Of a DNA stretch of 64,000 bases, positions 54,107 to 63,049 are shown one piece after another. Numbering within the stretch: position 1 is the first letter of the stretch; each line of letters opens with the position of its first letter. The translations under genes were made by a program, and so were the position numbers. The DNA comes from Escherichia phage vB_Ec-G1, in the sequence record PQ433349.1. One strand, written 5' to 3'. Below the pieces are notes generated by a model. That model made no database searches. It worked only from the letters and a program-made list of their open reading frames with translations, and had not been told where the DNA came from.

Positions 54107-54135
54107 TTGACAGAAGGATCTGTCTTTGTCATACT
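54107..54135 (+). promoter_or_regulatory. sigma70-like promoter
   Basis: TTGACA-N17-CATACT upstream of 54165 gene. Confidence 0.4.
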
Positions 54136-54164
54136 CATCTCATCAAAACAAAGAGGAGAAAATC

Positions 54165-54578
54165 ATGAAAAAGTTTATCTGCACCCGTTCTACTAACAGT
54201 GATATCCTTGTAGGCAAGGTTATCAAAGGAGAACTCTTCCACGCAAACGGTAAGAAATATATCTTGTTGAAAGATTCTTTCAACGGGGAGTATCCGCGCT
54301 GCACTTTCTTCAATTACAACACTCCATTTGCTTTAGAAGGAGATGCTTGGGAATGGGCTGAACTCAATCCTTGTTGTGAGGAAGAAGAATCTATGTTCTT
54401 AGGTTTAAACGTTTACCGTGTAGATTACACGATGTGTGGAGCGGAACATTCTATTCGCGTAGAAGCCGAGTCCAAACTACAAGCACCTTTCAAGGCAGGA
54501 TTGACTTTGGGTCATTGTTTGGCAAACATTGAAGATGTTGTGATCCAAAGAGTTGTTTTAGAGAAAGAGGCTATTTGA
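54165..54578 (+). CDS. hypothetical protein
   Basis: Track ORF 54126..54578 trimmed to ATG after AAGAGGAGAA RBS. Confidence 0.55.
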   Translation: MKKFICTRSTNSDILVGKVIKGELFHANGKKYILLKDSFNGEYPRCTFFNYNTPFALEGDAWEWAELNPCCEEEESMFLGLNVYRVDYTMCGAEHSIRVEAESKLQAPFKAGLTLGHCLANIEDVVIQRVVLEKEAI

Positions 54579-54631
54579 TAGAAGACGGTACAATATTTAA
54601 AATATAAAGATTAACCACAAAGGAGATAGAT

Positions 54632-54931
54632 ATGCAAGTTGAAGACCTGATCAAAATTTTGAATGAAGCCAAAGAGAAAGGTGCTATCAAGGACTGGAAA
54701 CGTGAAACAAGTGAAGACCTATCTCACTGTTGCCGAGAATTTTACATCGAAGGTATTGCTGACGATCACTATATTATCGAATGGTATATCAACTTAATGA
54801 CTCTTAAGCACGGTTCGTTTGAGGTTTGGTTTGATGACATTGATGTAAATGGTTTTCATCCTGGCTATAAAATTGCTATGCAGTTATCTTATCGTAGAGA
54901 AGTTGTAGCACATTTGGGTTTACATAACTAA
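54632..54931 (+). CDS. hypothetical protein (99 aa)
   Basis: Track ORF with AAGGAGA RBS. Confidence 0.55.
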   Translation: MQVEDLIKILNEAKEKGAIKDWKRETSEDLSHCCREFYIEGIADDHYIIEWYINLMTLKHGSFEVWFDDIDVNGFHPGYKIAMQLSYRREVVAHLGLHN

Positions 54932-54941
54932 GGAGAAAAGA

Positions 54942-55265
54942 ATGCAAGCAGTTGTTAACGAAGCTATTATGAACTTATCTTTCTTGTTAGCTGGTTTAGG
55001 AGGTGTTCTCATAGGTTTGGCTCTTATCTGGTGTATTCGTCGATTAATCGGGTACCGACAAAAAGGTGTTTCATGTTTTGTATCTTACAATTTTACAACT
55101 GCTTACAGCAATGAGGTTGGATCTGGTAATGCTCAAGCATTTTTACCAACATATCCTCCTACAGTAGAAGATATTCGAAACTTGGAAGTAGAACTTATGG
55201 GACTAAGTGATAACTATACATCTCTAGTTATTCAAAATATTTTTCGACTAAAACAGGAGGCGTGA
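54942..55265 (+). CDS. membrane-anchored hypothetical protein
   Basis: 107 aa; N-terminal transmembrane helix. Confidence 0.55.
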   Translation: MQAVVNEAIMNLSFLLAGLGGVLIGLALIWCIRRLIGYRQKGVSCFVSYNFTTAYSNEVGSGNAQAFLPTYPPTVEDIRNLEVELMGLSDNYTSLVIQNIFRLKQEA

Positions 55266-55478
55266 ATGAAGGTACATTATCCTCATCCCTTTGATCCTAA
55301 AAACAAAGCCGTAATTCTTCGTCAATGGCAACGGGTTTGTCGTACTAAATGTCCAATCAATAGCCCACACAATGTAGACAAGGACTATCTTGGCACATTT
55401 GTTGAATACACCTACATAGATAAAAACAAGCGTAAACAACATGTCGAGGAATACTGCTTAAAAGTAGAATGGCTGTAA
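55266..55478 (+). CDS. small basic protein (70 aa)
   Basis: Track ORF. Confidence 0.5.
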   Translation: MKVHYPHPFDPKNKAVILRQWQRVCRTKCPINSPHNVDKDYLGTFVEYTYIDKNKRKQHVEEYCLKVEWL

Positions 55479-55490
55479 ATAATAAATACC

Positions 55491-55519
55491 TTGACAAGTG
55501 TTTATTCGTTTTGTAAAGT
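55491..55519 (+). promoter_or_regulatory. sigma70-like promoter upstream of recombinase gene
   Basis: TTGACA-N17-TAAAGT. Confidence 0.45.
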
Positions 55520-55548
55520 GAGAATACAGCAATGGTTTAGGAGTGGTT

Positions 55549-56220
55549 ATGAAAAAGTTTGTTGTTTACAGTCGTCTTTCTAAACAGAAAAAAGGTGAGG
55601 CACAATATGGTATGGAGAGCCAAGAGAACGATATCCGTTACTTCTTAGACTCTGTGCCTGATGCTGAAGTTATTGGTCAATTTTCTGAATACTATTCGGG
55701 TAAGGGCGATTGGAAGCAACGTAAGGAACTGGTTAAAGCGGTTGAAATGTGTAAAGCTACCGGAGCAACTTTATTGGTAGCTAAAGTTGACCGCTTGGGT
55801 CGTAACAACGCCTCCGTAGCAACTCTTCTAGAAATGATCGATGTTAAGATAGCCATCATGCCAGACGCAGATAAAATGGTTATACAGCTTCTGTCTGTTC
55901 TGGCTGAACAAGAAGTTAGAGGTATTGCTGATCGTATTAAAAAGGGTCTTGCTGTAGCAAAAAGCAAAGGTGTTTTATTAGGCAGTGCTAATCCTAAAAC
56001 TGCTGCTGCACGTAGAAAAGGAAAAATGGAATACAATTCTGTTAAAGCAGACGCTTTTGCAGAGACATTCCGTGAACGCTTAGAAATCCTTAGAGATTTA
56101 AATACACCTTACAAAACTATTGCTGAAAAATTCAATAGTAAGAAAATCGCAACAGCACGTGGTGGTAAGTGGGATGCTAAAACTGTTTCTCGCTTGTGTG
56201 CTAGATTGAACATTAAATAG
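55549..56220 (+). CDS. serine recombinase (resolvase/invertase family)
   Basis: Y-S-R-L-S-K-Q catalytic serine motif, LLVAKVDRLGRN and ADRIKKGLAVAKSKG resolvase motifs, C-terminal DNA-binding-like region; ATG after AGGAG RBS. Confidence 0.7.
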   Translation: MKKFVVYSRLSKQKKGEAQYGMESQENDIRYFLDSVPDAEVIGQFSEYYSGKGDWKQRKELVKAVEMCKATGATLLVAKVDRLGRNNASVATLLEMIDVKIAIMPDADKMVIQLLSVLAEQEVRGIADRIKKGLAVAKSKGVLLGSANPKTAAARRKGKMEYNSVKADAFAETFRERLEILRDLNTPYKTIAEKFNSKKIATARGGKWDAKTVSRLCARLNIK

Positions 56221-56228
56221 GAGAGGAT

Positions 56229-56639
56229 ATGAAACAAGAAAATGAATCTGTAGATCACTTAATCATGCTGTCAGCCCTTTTTGCCGGATGGGACGTATTT
56301 TTTGAAAATTTGTTCAATTCTGCTACAGATGGTTCCGATTTTATGCGGCAGTTTAAACGACGAACTGTTGAGGACTATGCTTTCTATTCAGGTCGGATTG
56401 AAAAAGGTTACGAAGATACAAATACAACACTCACCATTAAAGTTTTAGATGTGATGTTTAGTGTTATAGATGCTATCGACGAAAGTCTTCCGATCCTGGA
56501 CAATTGTAATACGAAAGCCTATGTTTACAAAATAGCTCGTGCTTATGTGTCTGCAAACAGTTGTCTTCTTTCCACGCAGATTGCCGTGAACAATCTTGCC
56601 AACTTGTTCGACGAAGGAGAAACTTTTTATGACAATTGA
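56229..56639 (+). CDS. hypothetical protein (136 aa)
   Basis: Track ORF with GGAGAGGA RBS. Confidence 0.55.
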   Translation: MKQENESVDHLIMLSALFAGWDVFFENLFNSATDGSDFMRQFKRRTVEDYAFYSGRIEKGYEDTNTTLTIKVLDVMFSVIDAIDESLPILDNCNTKAYVYKIARAYVSANSCLLSTQIAVNNLANLFDEGETFYDN

Positions 56640-56994
56640 TTTGAAGTGTAAAAGGATTCTTTTAGATTTCTATAATAATTGGTTAGAACACCTCCGTCTC
56701 TTTCCAAGAGAAAGTGGTTACGCTGATGTTGGCTTATGCCGAGGTCTACGTATGTATATAAGTGATGAATTTCGGGCCGAGCATTCTTTAGCATATTCTG
56801 TTTATGGTATGCAATTAGCCAGTTTTGAAAACGCTGGCTTAGATACAACTTTCCCATTTAACACAGCAAAATCTTTTGAGCAAGAGTGTAAGGAAAAACG
56901 TTGCATGTTTAATGAAAAACGTGTACAGTGGGTTAAGGATCGAGTTAAACAACTGGAACAAGAGTTGGATTTCTTCTATGATGAGGCAGAATAA
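56629..56994 (+). CDS. hypothetical protein, member of 5-copy paralog family
   Basis: Track ORF 56596..56994 trimmed to ATG after AAGGAGA RBS; FYNNWL...GLCRGL...FPF...R..WVKDR pattern. Confidence 0.55.
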   Translation: MTIDLKCKRILLDFYNNWLEHLRLFPRESGYADVGLCRGLRMYISDEFRAEHSLAYSVYGMQLASFENAGLDTTFPFNTAKSFEQECKEKRCMFNEKRVQWVKDRVKQLEQELDFFYDEAE

Positions 56995-57266
56995 TGGATA
57001 GACAAACCTTAAAAACAATGGCAGATGCCACTAATTCCCCGTACTTTGAAAAAGTAAGTAAATTGGTAGCTCAAGCCGCAGAGGAAGGATATTATAACAT
57101 AAACATCCACAACCCAAGTCTTATACTAGAAATGCCAAGTGATAAGAAGATACAAGAAAGTATCTGTGAAGGTATTGTTAGTTACTGGCGCGAGCGTGGG
57201 TGTGGTGCAAACATGGCTTTAGACAGTGCAAACATTGTAAGATATATAAATATTTCTTGGGGGTGA
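56994..57266 (+). CDS. hypothetical protein (90 aa)
   Basis: Track ORF. Confidence 0.5.
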   Translation: MDRQTLKTMADATNSPYFEKVSKLVAQAAEEGYYNINIHNPSLILEMPSDKKIQESICEGIVSYWRERGCGANMALDSANIVRYINISWG

Positions 57267-57270
57267 TTTT

Positions 57271-57882
57271 ATGATTCAATGCACTCATATCCAAATTACT
57301 TGGAGAGATGAACTTTACCATTTGGGACAATTTACTGTAGGGGAAACATACCCTATCATTAAACATAATCCTAACATCGCAAACTTTGACAGGATGGTTC
57401 TTGTTGAGGACGATCTAGGTCAAACTTATTCTTTAGATCTAAAATATCCGTTTTCTTACGGCTACGATTGGATCGTTACTTTTGAAGACGTGGAGGAAAA
57501 TAAAACAATGAACGAAAAAAATTCTTGGTATTATCGTTGTGAACTGCCGCCAGTAGGTGAAAAGGTTATCTTTGTTCCTGATTTGGAAAGATATTCTTGG
57601 GACAGTTCTTATTCTGTTCCTAAAGAAGGCACCGAAGTTGAAGTTATTGCACATCGCACAACTTCACATGGTAACGATGTAGCAGTTGTTTTCTGGGATG
57701 ATGAAGGCGCTGCTTGTGCAGGTGGCTTTGTTGCAGGTAATTTTGAACCCCTGCCAGATCCTTTGAAGGAGGCAATTTTAGGCGTAGCTTCTTTTGGACT
57801 CTCTTACACATCTGCACAGGAGATCGTAGAAGGTATTTTAAACGGTACCGTTCCAAACGAAATTTTCAAACAGATTAAATAA
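57271..57882 (+). CDS. hypothetical protein (203 aa)
   Basis: Track ORF. Confidence 0.55.
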   Translation: MIQCTHIQITWRDELYHLGQFTVGETYPIIKHNPNIANFDRMVLVEDDLGQTYSLDLKYPFSYGYDWIVTFEDVEENKTMNEKNSWYYRCELPPVGEKVIFVPDLERYSWDSSYSVPKEGTEVEVIAHRTTSHGNDVAVVFWDDEGAACAGGFVAGNFEPLPDPLKEAILGVASFGLSYTSAQEIVEGILNGTVPNEIFKQIK

Positions 57883-57887
57883 CAGTT

Positions 57888-57915
57888 GCACCCCGTTCTT
57901 CGGGGTGTTATTGTA
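57888..57915 (+). terminator. rho-independent terminator (partial read-through likely)
   Basis: GCACCCCG-ttct-TCGGGGTG hairpin followed by TTATTGTAT. Confidence 0.55.
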
Positions 57916-57933
57916 TACGTAAAGGAGGAGATA

Positions 57934-58272
57934 ATGTATTACACTGAAGACTACATACTGTATAACTTTTTTAAAGGCTGGTTGAAATGGGCTGAACAAG
58001 CTCCTGTCGGAGATTGTGTTTTTCCTTGGGATTCTCGTCAAGGTTTGTGTCGTTGTTTGGAAGATTGGCTTATAACCACAAACTACAACTCAGAAACTAA
58101 GAAATCTACATCACAGAGACTAAAAATGTTATTTGAAGAAGATGGTTTAGATCCGATTTATCCTTTCGGTGAGGAAAGTTTCCACAATGGTCTTTTCCTT
58201 GGCACTCAACATTATGATAAAGATCGTGTAGATTGGGTAAAAGAAAAGGTAGCACAGTATGAATGGGGTTAA
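57934..58272 (+). CDS. hypothetical protein, member of 5-copy paralog family
   Basis: Track ORF 57886..58272 trimmed to ATG after AAGGAGGAGA RBS; NFFKGWL...GLCRCL...YPF...R..WVKEK pattern. Confidence 0.55.
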   Translation: MYYTEDYILYNFFKGWLKWAEQAPVGDCVFPWDSRQGLCRCLEDWLITTNYNSETKKSTSQRLKMLFEEDGLDPIYPFGEESFHNGLFLGTQHYDKDRVDWVKEKVAQYEWG

Positions 58273-58462
58273 GAATTATCACCGCTGGTTAGAAAGCTAT
58301 CTTAAGAAATGTGAACTTGGTGTTCCAGGTTATACTTACGACACGGACGAGATTCTTGATGAAATGGAAGTTTGGTTTAAAGAGCCTCGTGAACTATTGG
58401 CAAACATTCTAATGTCTTGGGACGGTACGGCACAAAGCATTGAAGGAGGTAGTAATGAGTAA
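58259..58462 (+). CDS. hypothetical protein (67 aa)
   Basis: Track ORF. Confidence 0.5.
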   Translation: MNGVKNYHRWLESYLKKCELGVPGYTYDTDEILDEMEVWFKEPRELLANILMSWDGTAQSIEGGSNE

Positions 58463-58589
58463 GAAGTTGTTTAATATTCGTGAGAATCGTGATGGATCGT
58501 TCTCTGTAGTCAATGAGTTTAATGTTTCTGTTGGAACTTTTATTACTAAACGTCAAGCAGAACAAGTAAGAGATACTTTAAACAAGTAA
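58455..58589 (+). CDS. small hypothetical protein (~44 aa)
   Basis: Below track cut-off; GGAGGT RBS. Confidence 0.3.
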   Translation: MSKKLFNIRENRDGSFSVVNEFNVSVGTFITKRQAEQVRDTLNK

Positions 58590-58606
58590 GTTTTTAAGGG
58601 GGACTT

Positions 58607-59026
58607 ATGTTAGGTAAGATCAAAGCTTTTTTCAAACGTATTATTGAAGGAAGTCCAACAGAAGGTGCATTAGGAAGATCTCTAACAGGAGAACCACTTT
58701 CCATAATTTCTATCAGTCGGTATGGTGGATATTCAATTCGACAAACACCTTTAGGTATAGAAGGTAGTATGCTTTCTTGGACAATATCTCAAGTGGGTGA
58801 TAACAGACTTGCAGCTATAGCGTTACTTCGTGGGGAGTATGACTATTGTTTATCAGCATCTTGTAAAAAGCACCTCATAGAGCACATTAGAGACAGAGTA
58901 GAAAGAGAAGGCGGATACTTCTTCGAAACTAAGAGAAACGAACAAGGAACTCTTGACTTCACTAAGGTTTACTGGGACAATCATACTCGTCAAACTGTTG
59001 AACAACTTCTGGAGGAAAGATGTTAA
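58607..59026 (+). CDS. hypothetical protein (139 aa)
   Basis: Track ORF with AAGGGGGA RBS. Confidence 0.55.
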   Translation: MLGKIKAFFKRIIEGSPTEGALGRSLTGEPLSIISISRYGGYSIRQTPLGIEGSMLSWTISQVGDNRLAAIALLRGEYDYCLSASCKKHLIEHIRDRVEREGGYFFETKRNEQGTLDFTKVYWDNHTRQTVEQLLEERC

Positions 59027-59229
59027 AAGCTTTTGCTGTATACTCTACTGTAGGATTCTTTTATTGGATTATAGTTATTGTCGGATGTTGGTTGGGTTCT
59101 TCTGTTGTGATGGGAGAATGGTTAACATACAATGTATTTGAATGGGATGTAGTTTGTAGATCATTACTTGTTATATGGACTGCTATTGTTTGTTGGATAA
59201 CTGTTAGTCTAACATTAGATCTATATTGA
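59020..59229 (+). CDS. small membrane protein (69 aa)
   Basis: Two hydrophobic helices. Confidence 0.5.
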   Translation: MLKAFAVYSTVGFFYWIIVIVGCWLGSSVVMGEWLTYNVFEWDVVCRSLLVIWTAIVCWITVSLTLDLY

Positions 59230-59323
59230 TTAATAGATGGTAGATAGATGATCATAGTTTATCTACCTTCACTTACGTTTCATACCTCACTATCGTGAGT
59301 AACATGAAACATTATTATATAGA

Positions 59324-59388
59324 AATCTACTACTCGCTATCGCTCGTAAACATATGTTTAGGGTACCATATTTTTTTGAAAAAGTCAA
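59324..59388 (-). promoter_or_regulatory. conserved promoter-like element B (TTGACT-N17-TACCCT) with adjacent palindrome, antisense to plus block
   Basis: Same conserved arms as element A; central palindrome is AAACATATGTTT instead of ACCCTTCGGGGT. Confidence 0.45.
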
Positions 59389-59522
59389 TGCTGACTCACC
59401 TATCAATTATCTGTTTAAGATAAGTCTTACCTATCAATCTAACTCTTAACTAGTATTGCACCTATAGTAAGACTATTCCTATAGTTATTAACCCTCTTCT
59501 TCTGTAGAATGTAATTAGATCC

Positions 59523-59552
59523 TTGACAAACTCACAAAGCTTGTGTTACATT
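59523..59552 (+). promoter_or_regulatory. sigma70-like promoter
   Basis: TTGACA with TACATT about 18 bp downstream, upstream of 59590 gene. Confidence 0.4.
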
Positions 59553-59589
59553 GTGTCTCACAGGTGAATAATACCGAACAGGAGGAAGA

Positions 59590-59805
59590 ATGAGTTCCAA
59601 TTTTCTATACAAAGCAAAAGATTCACGAGATGGAGAGAACCATTGGTGGTTGATCACAGAAGATGGTGTTATCATCCTACCGTGGGACGGAGAGACGAAA
59701 GTTCAAATACTAGAGAAAGTAAAAGGTGTTAGTTTTAATGTTAGTCATGACATAACAACTTTCAAAGCTTTTGCTATGAATCCTAGTCTTGTTGCTGAAT
59801 GGTAA
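59590..59805 (+). CDS. hypothetical protein (71 aa)
   Basis: Track ORF with AGGAGGAAGA RBS. Confidence 0.55.
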   Translation: MSSNFLYKAKDSRDGENHWWLITEDGVIILPWDGETKVQILEKVKGVSFNVSHDITTFKAFAMNPSLVAEW

Positions 59806-59818
59806 TCCAGGAGAAAAT

Positions 59819-60037
59819 ATGACTAAAATGTATGCAGCCGTTGATAAGCTGGATGGGTCTGATTCTGTTTTTATTTTGAATAAAATGGGCGTCTTAGTTT
59901 ATGCCCGAACTTCTCAAAACATAGAACACCAAGTGGAAGCAGCACAAATTTTAGAGCAAATAACCCCTCCATATCTATACTCAAATGTTGAGCGTTTTAA
60001 CGATGCACTTGGTTTGACGTTAATAGCGGAATGGTAG
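59819..60037 (+). CDS. hypothetical protein
   Basis: Track ORF 59789..60037 trimmed to ATG after CAGGAGAAAA RBS. Confidence 0.5.
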   Translation: MTKMYAAVDKLDGSDSVFILNKMGVLVYARTSQNIEHQVEAAQILEQITPPYLYSNVERFNDALGLTLIAEW

Positions 60038-60039
60038 TA

Positions 60040-60237
60040 ATGGCGAAAATGTTGGAAATTGATAATGTCGTAACAATCACTACGTCCATACCTTGTCCTC
60101 CTATGCCTTGCCCCTATTGTGGTGGTGCAGGATATGTTATGGCGGACGTAGGTCAAATTTACGAGTGTAACCCGTGCAAAACCACAGGTTATATCCAAAT
60201 AGAATCAGAGGAGAAACACTATGAGCCAAAACGCTAA
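60040..60237 (+). CDS. small zinc-ribbon protein
   Basis: Trimmed track ORF; CPYCGG...CNPCK cysteine pairs. Confidence 0.5.
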   Translation: MAKMLEIDNVVTITTSIPCPPMPCPYCGGAGYVMADVGQIYECNPCKTTGYIQIESEEKHYEPKR

Positions 60238-60670
60238 AGAAAAAGAAGTAATCACGGTAATCCGTCAGATGGAAGGTGCCGAAAACAATGCTTTTGTTAC
60301 TAAGATTCTTCTTAATATTTTTGAAGATGTTATTTTAAACAACCCTGGTCATAAAGATTATCAGTATGATGTTATGATGGGTGCTTTGCTTGAGATTAAC
60401 AAAAACACTTTTGCTGAATATGAGCAACACATGCTTTTACCAGAGGAAGATCAGGATTATTTGTTATCTGGTGCTTTAAGTGCACAAGAAAATTTCTACC
60501 ACGTTCTTAATATGGCTTATGCAGATGAACTTGCTGTTTCCCTTGAAGAGCGTATTCAAATGGTTCGAGATGTGATGAATGAACAAATCCAAGAAGTTGA
60601 AGACTTGGTAGCAGAACCTTTAGCAGAAATTCGTGCAGCTATTGAAAAACAAAAAGGAACTCAATCATGA
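60221..60670 (+). CDS. hypothetical acidic protein (149 aa)
   Basis: Track ORF. Confidence 0.55.
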   Translation: MSQNAKEKEVITVIRQMEGAENNAFVTKILLNIFEDVILNNPGHKDYQYDVMMGALLEINKNTFAEYEQHMLLPEEDQDYLLSGALSAQENFYHVLNMAYADELAVSLEERIQMVRDVMNEQIQEVEDLVAEPLAEIRAAIEKQKGTQS

Positions 60671-60834
60671 TGCAAGTAGGTGATGTGGTTTGCCTTAAAG
60701 GTGCAAACAAACAAATGACAGTAATAGAAAGTTATGGTGAATCTTGTAAAGTAACTTGGTTCGATGAAAACGGGGAATTGCAACACGCCATATTCGATCA
60801 AAAAGCTTTGAGGAAGGTTGAAGAAAAAGAATGA
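60667..60834 (+). CDS. small protein, DUF2158-like (~55 aa)
   Basis: Below track cut-off; VGDVVCLKGANKQMTV resembles the DUF2158 GD.V.LKSGGP.MTV signature. Confidence 0.4.
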   Translation: MMQVGDVVCLKGANKQMTVIESYGESCKVTWFDENGELQHAIFDQKALRKVEEKE

Positions 60835-61094
60835 GCCATCCGTCAATATTTTTCTGTTTTGTAGATCTTGAAAACGAGTCTTTAATCGTTGATAGTGAGG
60901 GTTACTTCACTTATTGGGAATCCGAGCACGAAACTATAAGTGTAGTGAAAGAAATTATGCAAACCAATCCAAGCCTACCAGCGCATAAGTACGGTATTGC
61001 AAAAGTGTTTGTTACTAAAACAGAGTACACAAAAGAGCGAAGCACTTTGTACCATAATATTGAAGTGATTCACTATTTCAAAGATGTTATTTAG
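60831..61094 (+). CDS. hypothetical protein (87 aa)
   Basis: Track ORF. Confidence 0.5.
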   Translation: MSHPSIFFCFVDLENESLIVDSEGYFTYWESEHETISVVKEIMQTNPSLPAHKYGIAKVFVTKTEYTKERSTLYHNIEVIHYFKDVI

Positions 61095-61102
61095 GAGGTT
61101 AT

Positions 61103-61711
61103 ATGGAAGAGAAGATTTGGGATGGTAAAGATCCTTTAGAAGTTGGACACGTAGCGCGTGTCAAAAAATCTACTACGGGTCCTGGTTTTTCTGGTTTGTA
61201 TCATATACCAGAAGAAGGTCAGCACGTTACAATTTTGGCTCGTGACAAACAAAACGGAGCAACGCCTGTGTGGATTGTTCGTTGGTATGACAAAGATCTT
61301 AACATTTGCTTGTCACCTATTATGGCTCATTTGCTGGAAGCCCCTTGCTCTGAAGAAGCTCTAATTTTTGTTTCGGCTTTTCAGAAAGCCACAGGTTTAA
61401 CATTAGATGCAAAAGATGTGCAAAAAGCATTTGACATTATTCAGGAAGACAACGATACTACATCTAACGACGAACTGGTTGAAGTTACAATCTTATCTTC
61501 AGCAGATATTCGAGAGATTGATAATTGTGATTTTCCAATCACGTTTAAAATGTCACAGAAAGACGTGCAGTCATCTGGAAGTTGTTTTGGTATACCTCGT
61601 TGGTTTTTTGATTCTATCAAAAATTCTACTACAGAGGGATCAGATTATGATCAAGATGACATGCTTTGGTTCTTAAAAAACCGAGAGATTGTTCTCTCAC
61701 CACTTAAGTAA
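61103..61711 (+). CDS. hypothetical protein (202 aa)
   Basis: Track ORF with AGGAGG RBS. Confidence 0.55.
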   Translation: MEEKIWDGKDPLEVGHVARVKKSTTGPGFSGLYHIPEEGQHVTILARDKQNGATPVWIVRWYDKDLNICLSPIMAHLLEAPCSEEALIFVSAFQKATGLTLDAKDVQKAFDIIQEDNDTTSNDELVEVTILSSADIREIDNCDFPITFKMSQKDVQSSGSCFGIPRWFFDSIKNSTTEGSDYDQDDMLWFLKNREIVLSPLK

Positions 61712-61720
61712 GGAGAAATA

Positions 61721-61813
61721 ATGGTTTCATTTATCGTAGGCGTAGTTGTAGGCTATCTTATTAACAAATATCAAGACGTTATCACGGCAAAAGTAAAAGA
61801 CATTTTAGACTAA
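61721..61813 (+). CDS. small hydrophobic peptide (~30 aa)
   Basis: Below track cut-off; AAGGAGAAA RBS; single transmembrane helix. Confidence 0.3.
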   Translation: MVSFIVGVVVGYLINKYQDVITAKVKDILD

Positions 61814-61874
61814 TCTAAATAATCTATCAAAGCTGCATCTTCAATAGGTGCAGTCTTTTAAAAGGAGATACGAC

Positions 61875-62048
61875 ATGACTAAACGCACTGATTTTAAATG
61901 TATGCATTGTGGGAAATCTTTTGGGGATCATCAAGCTCGCACATTCAATTGTCCACGTAAAGGTCGTGGAAATTTTAAAGGTTTTAATCCTGCACATGTT
62001 TATTCTCCAGATTACGATAAGCCAGAAGAAGAAAAATTTGTTATTTAA
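61875..62048 (+). CDS. small zinc-ribbon-like protein
   Basis: Track ORF 61848..62048 trimmed to ATG after AAAGGAGA RBS; CMHCG...CPRKGRG. Confidence 0.5.
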   Translation: MTKRTDFKCMHCGKSFGDHQARTFNCPRKGRGNFKGFNPAHVYSPDYDKPEEEKFVI

Positions 62049-62060
62049 TAAGGAGGTCGT

Positions 62061-62342
62061 ATGGAACTCGTTCAAGAATTGTATAACGCTTTAGGAGCAA
62101 AAGGAAAGGATTGGCCCGAACATGCGCTTATCGCTATAAGAGACTCCGATGGTGAGATTAAGTTCTCTAGTGTAAGTAAAGAACACATCGTAGAAACAAA
62201 GTTTGGTATTTACATGCGTGGAACTTATTGCTTATTCAACACCAGAATGGTAGAAGCCCCTGTTATTGAGTGTGGAACAAAAGGTTGCCCCACAATCGTA
62301 ACAAAATCTGAATATGAGAAGTTTTTCTACGCTAAAGCTTGA
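62061..62342 (+). CDS. hypothetical protein (93 aa)
   Basis: Track ORF with AAGGAGG RBS. Confidence 0.55.
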   Translation: MELVQELYNALGAKGKDWPEHALIAIRDSDGEIKFSSVSKEHIVETKFGIYMRGTYCLFNTRMVEAPVIECGTKGCPTIVTKSEYEKFFYAKA

Positions 62343-62385
62343 CACAGAAACAATACTGTAGGATAGTGATCCTATCGTAGCAATA

Positions 62386-62409
62386 GAACCCGCTTCGGCG
62401 GGTTTTTTC
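62386..62409 (+). terminator. rho-independent terminator
   Basis: AACCCGC-ttcg-GCGGGTT hairpin followed by TTTTTC; same hairpin as at 30928. Confidence 0.7.
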
Positions 62410-62433
62410 ATATCTGTAGCAATAGGAGGTCGT

Positions 62434-62664
62434 GTGTTAAATAAAATCGAAGAAGGTTGTATGGCATTTTTGGTAGATAACCCGTTTCCGTTTATGGTTA
62501 AGATTCATGTAGGAGAGTATTTAGGTAATGACGAATGGGATTGTAGTATCAATAGTGAAATGCACCACTACCAACCAACAATCCTTAAGACGGATCAAAT
62601 GGCGCGTATTACAGTAGAGGATGAATTGATTATTGAGTTATACGAGAGAACACTACACAAGTAA
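62434..62664 (+). CDS. hypothetical protein (76 aa)
   Basis: Track ORF, last plus-strand gene. Confidence 0.45.
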   Translation: MLNKIEEGCMAFLVDNPFPFMVKIHVGEYLGNDEWDCSINSEMHHYQPTILKTDQMARITVEDELIIELYERTLHK

Positions 62665-62706
62665 GCTAGAACCCACCTAAATCAAACAGAGACGCTCTAA
62701 AATAGA

Positions 62707-62730
62707 AAAGGCACCCACTTGGGTGCCTTT
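62707..62730. terminator. bidirectional rho-independent terminator between convergent genes
   Basis: AAAGGCACCCA-ctt-GGGTGCCTTT hairpin with T-runs on both strands. Confidence 0.65.
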
Positions 62731-62733
62731 ATT

Positions 62734-63006
62734 TTATTCTTCGTTAGATTGCGTTTCAGACGCGTTAAATTCGGTTTCAGTACAACTTGCTAGGTAACTT
62801 ATGTTTTGCATCACTACAACTACAGGTGTTTGAAGTTTATCTTCTAGCCCAGCAGCCACTTGAGCCAAGGCATTATCAATATTTGATTTCCTAACACCTG
62901 TTCCATGCCCTGTTGCCAAGTAAAGATTACCTTCCCCTTTTTGTGTAGCATTAGCAAAGTAGTAAACGTAATGTGCAAGGTAGTAATCACGGATTTCTTC
63001 AGTCAT
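62734..63006 (-). CDS. hypothetical protein (90 aa)
   Basis: Track ORF with AGGAGAA RBS. Confidence 0.5.
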   Translation of the reverse strand: MTEEIRDYYLAHYVYYFANATQKGEGNLYLATGHGTGVRKSNIDNALAQVAAGLEDKLQTPVVVVMQNISYLASCTETEFNASETQSNEE

Positions 63007-63021
63007 TTTATTCTCCTAATA

Positions 63022-63045
63022 AGAAAGGGGCCGAAGCCCCTTGAG
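63022..63045 (-). terminator. hairpin terminator/attenuator downstream of Sir2-like gene
   Basis: AGGGGCC-gaag-CCCCT stem with T-rich tail on minus strand. Confidence 0.4.
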
Positions 63046-63049
63046 TGGT

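Noticed and set aside
25463-59388. The two direct copies of element A/B as recombination sites for the serine recombinase, or as boundaries of an inserted 34 kb element
   Set aside because: The conserved arms are not inverted repeats of each other and the central palindromes differ, unlike serine-recombinase crossover sites; the promoter interpretation fits better. Kept only as a low-probability alternative.
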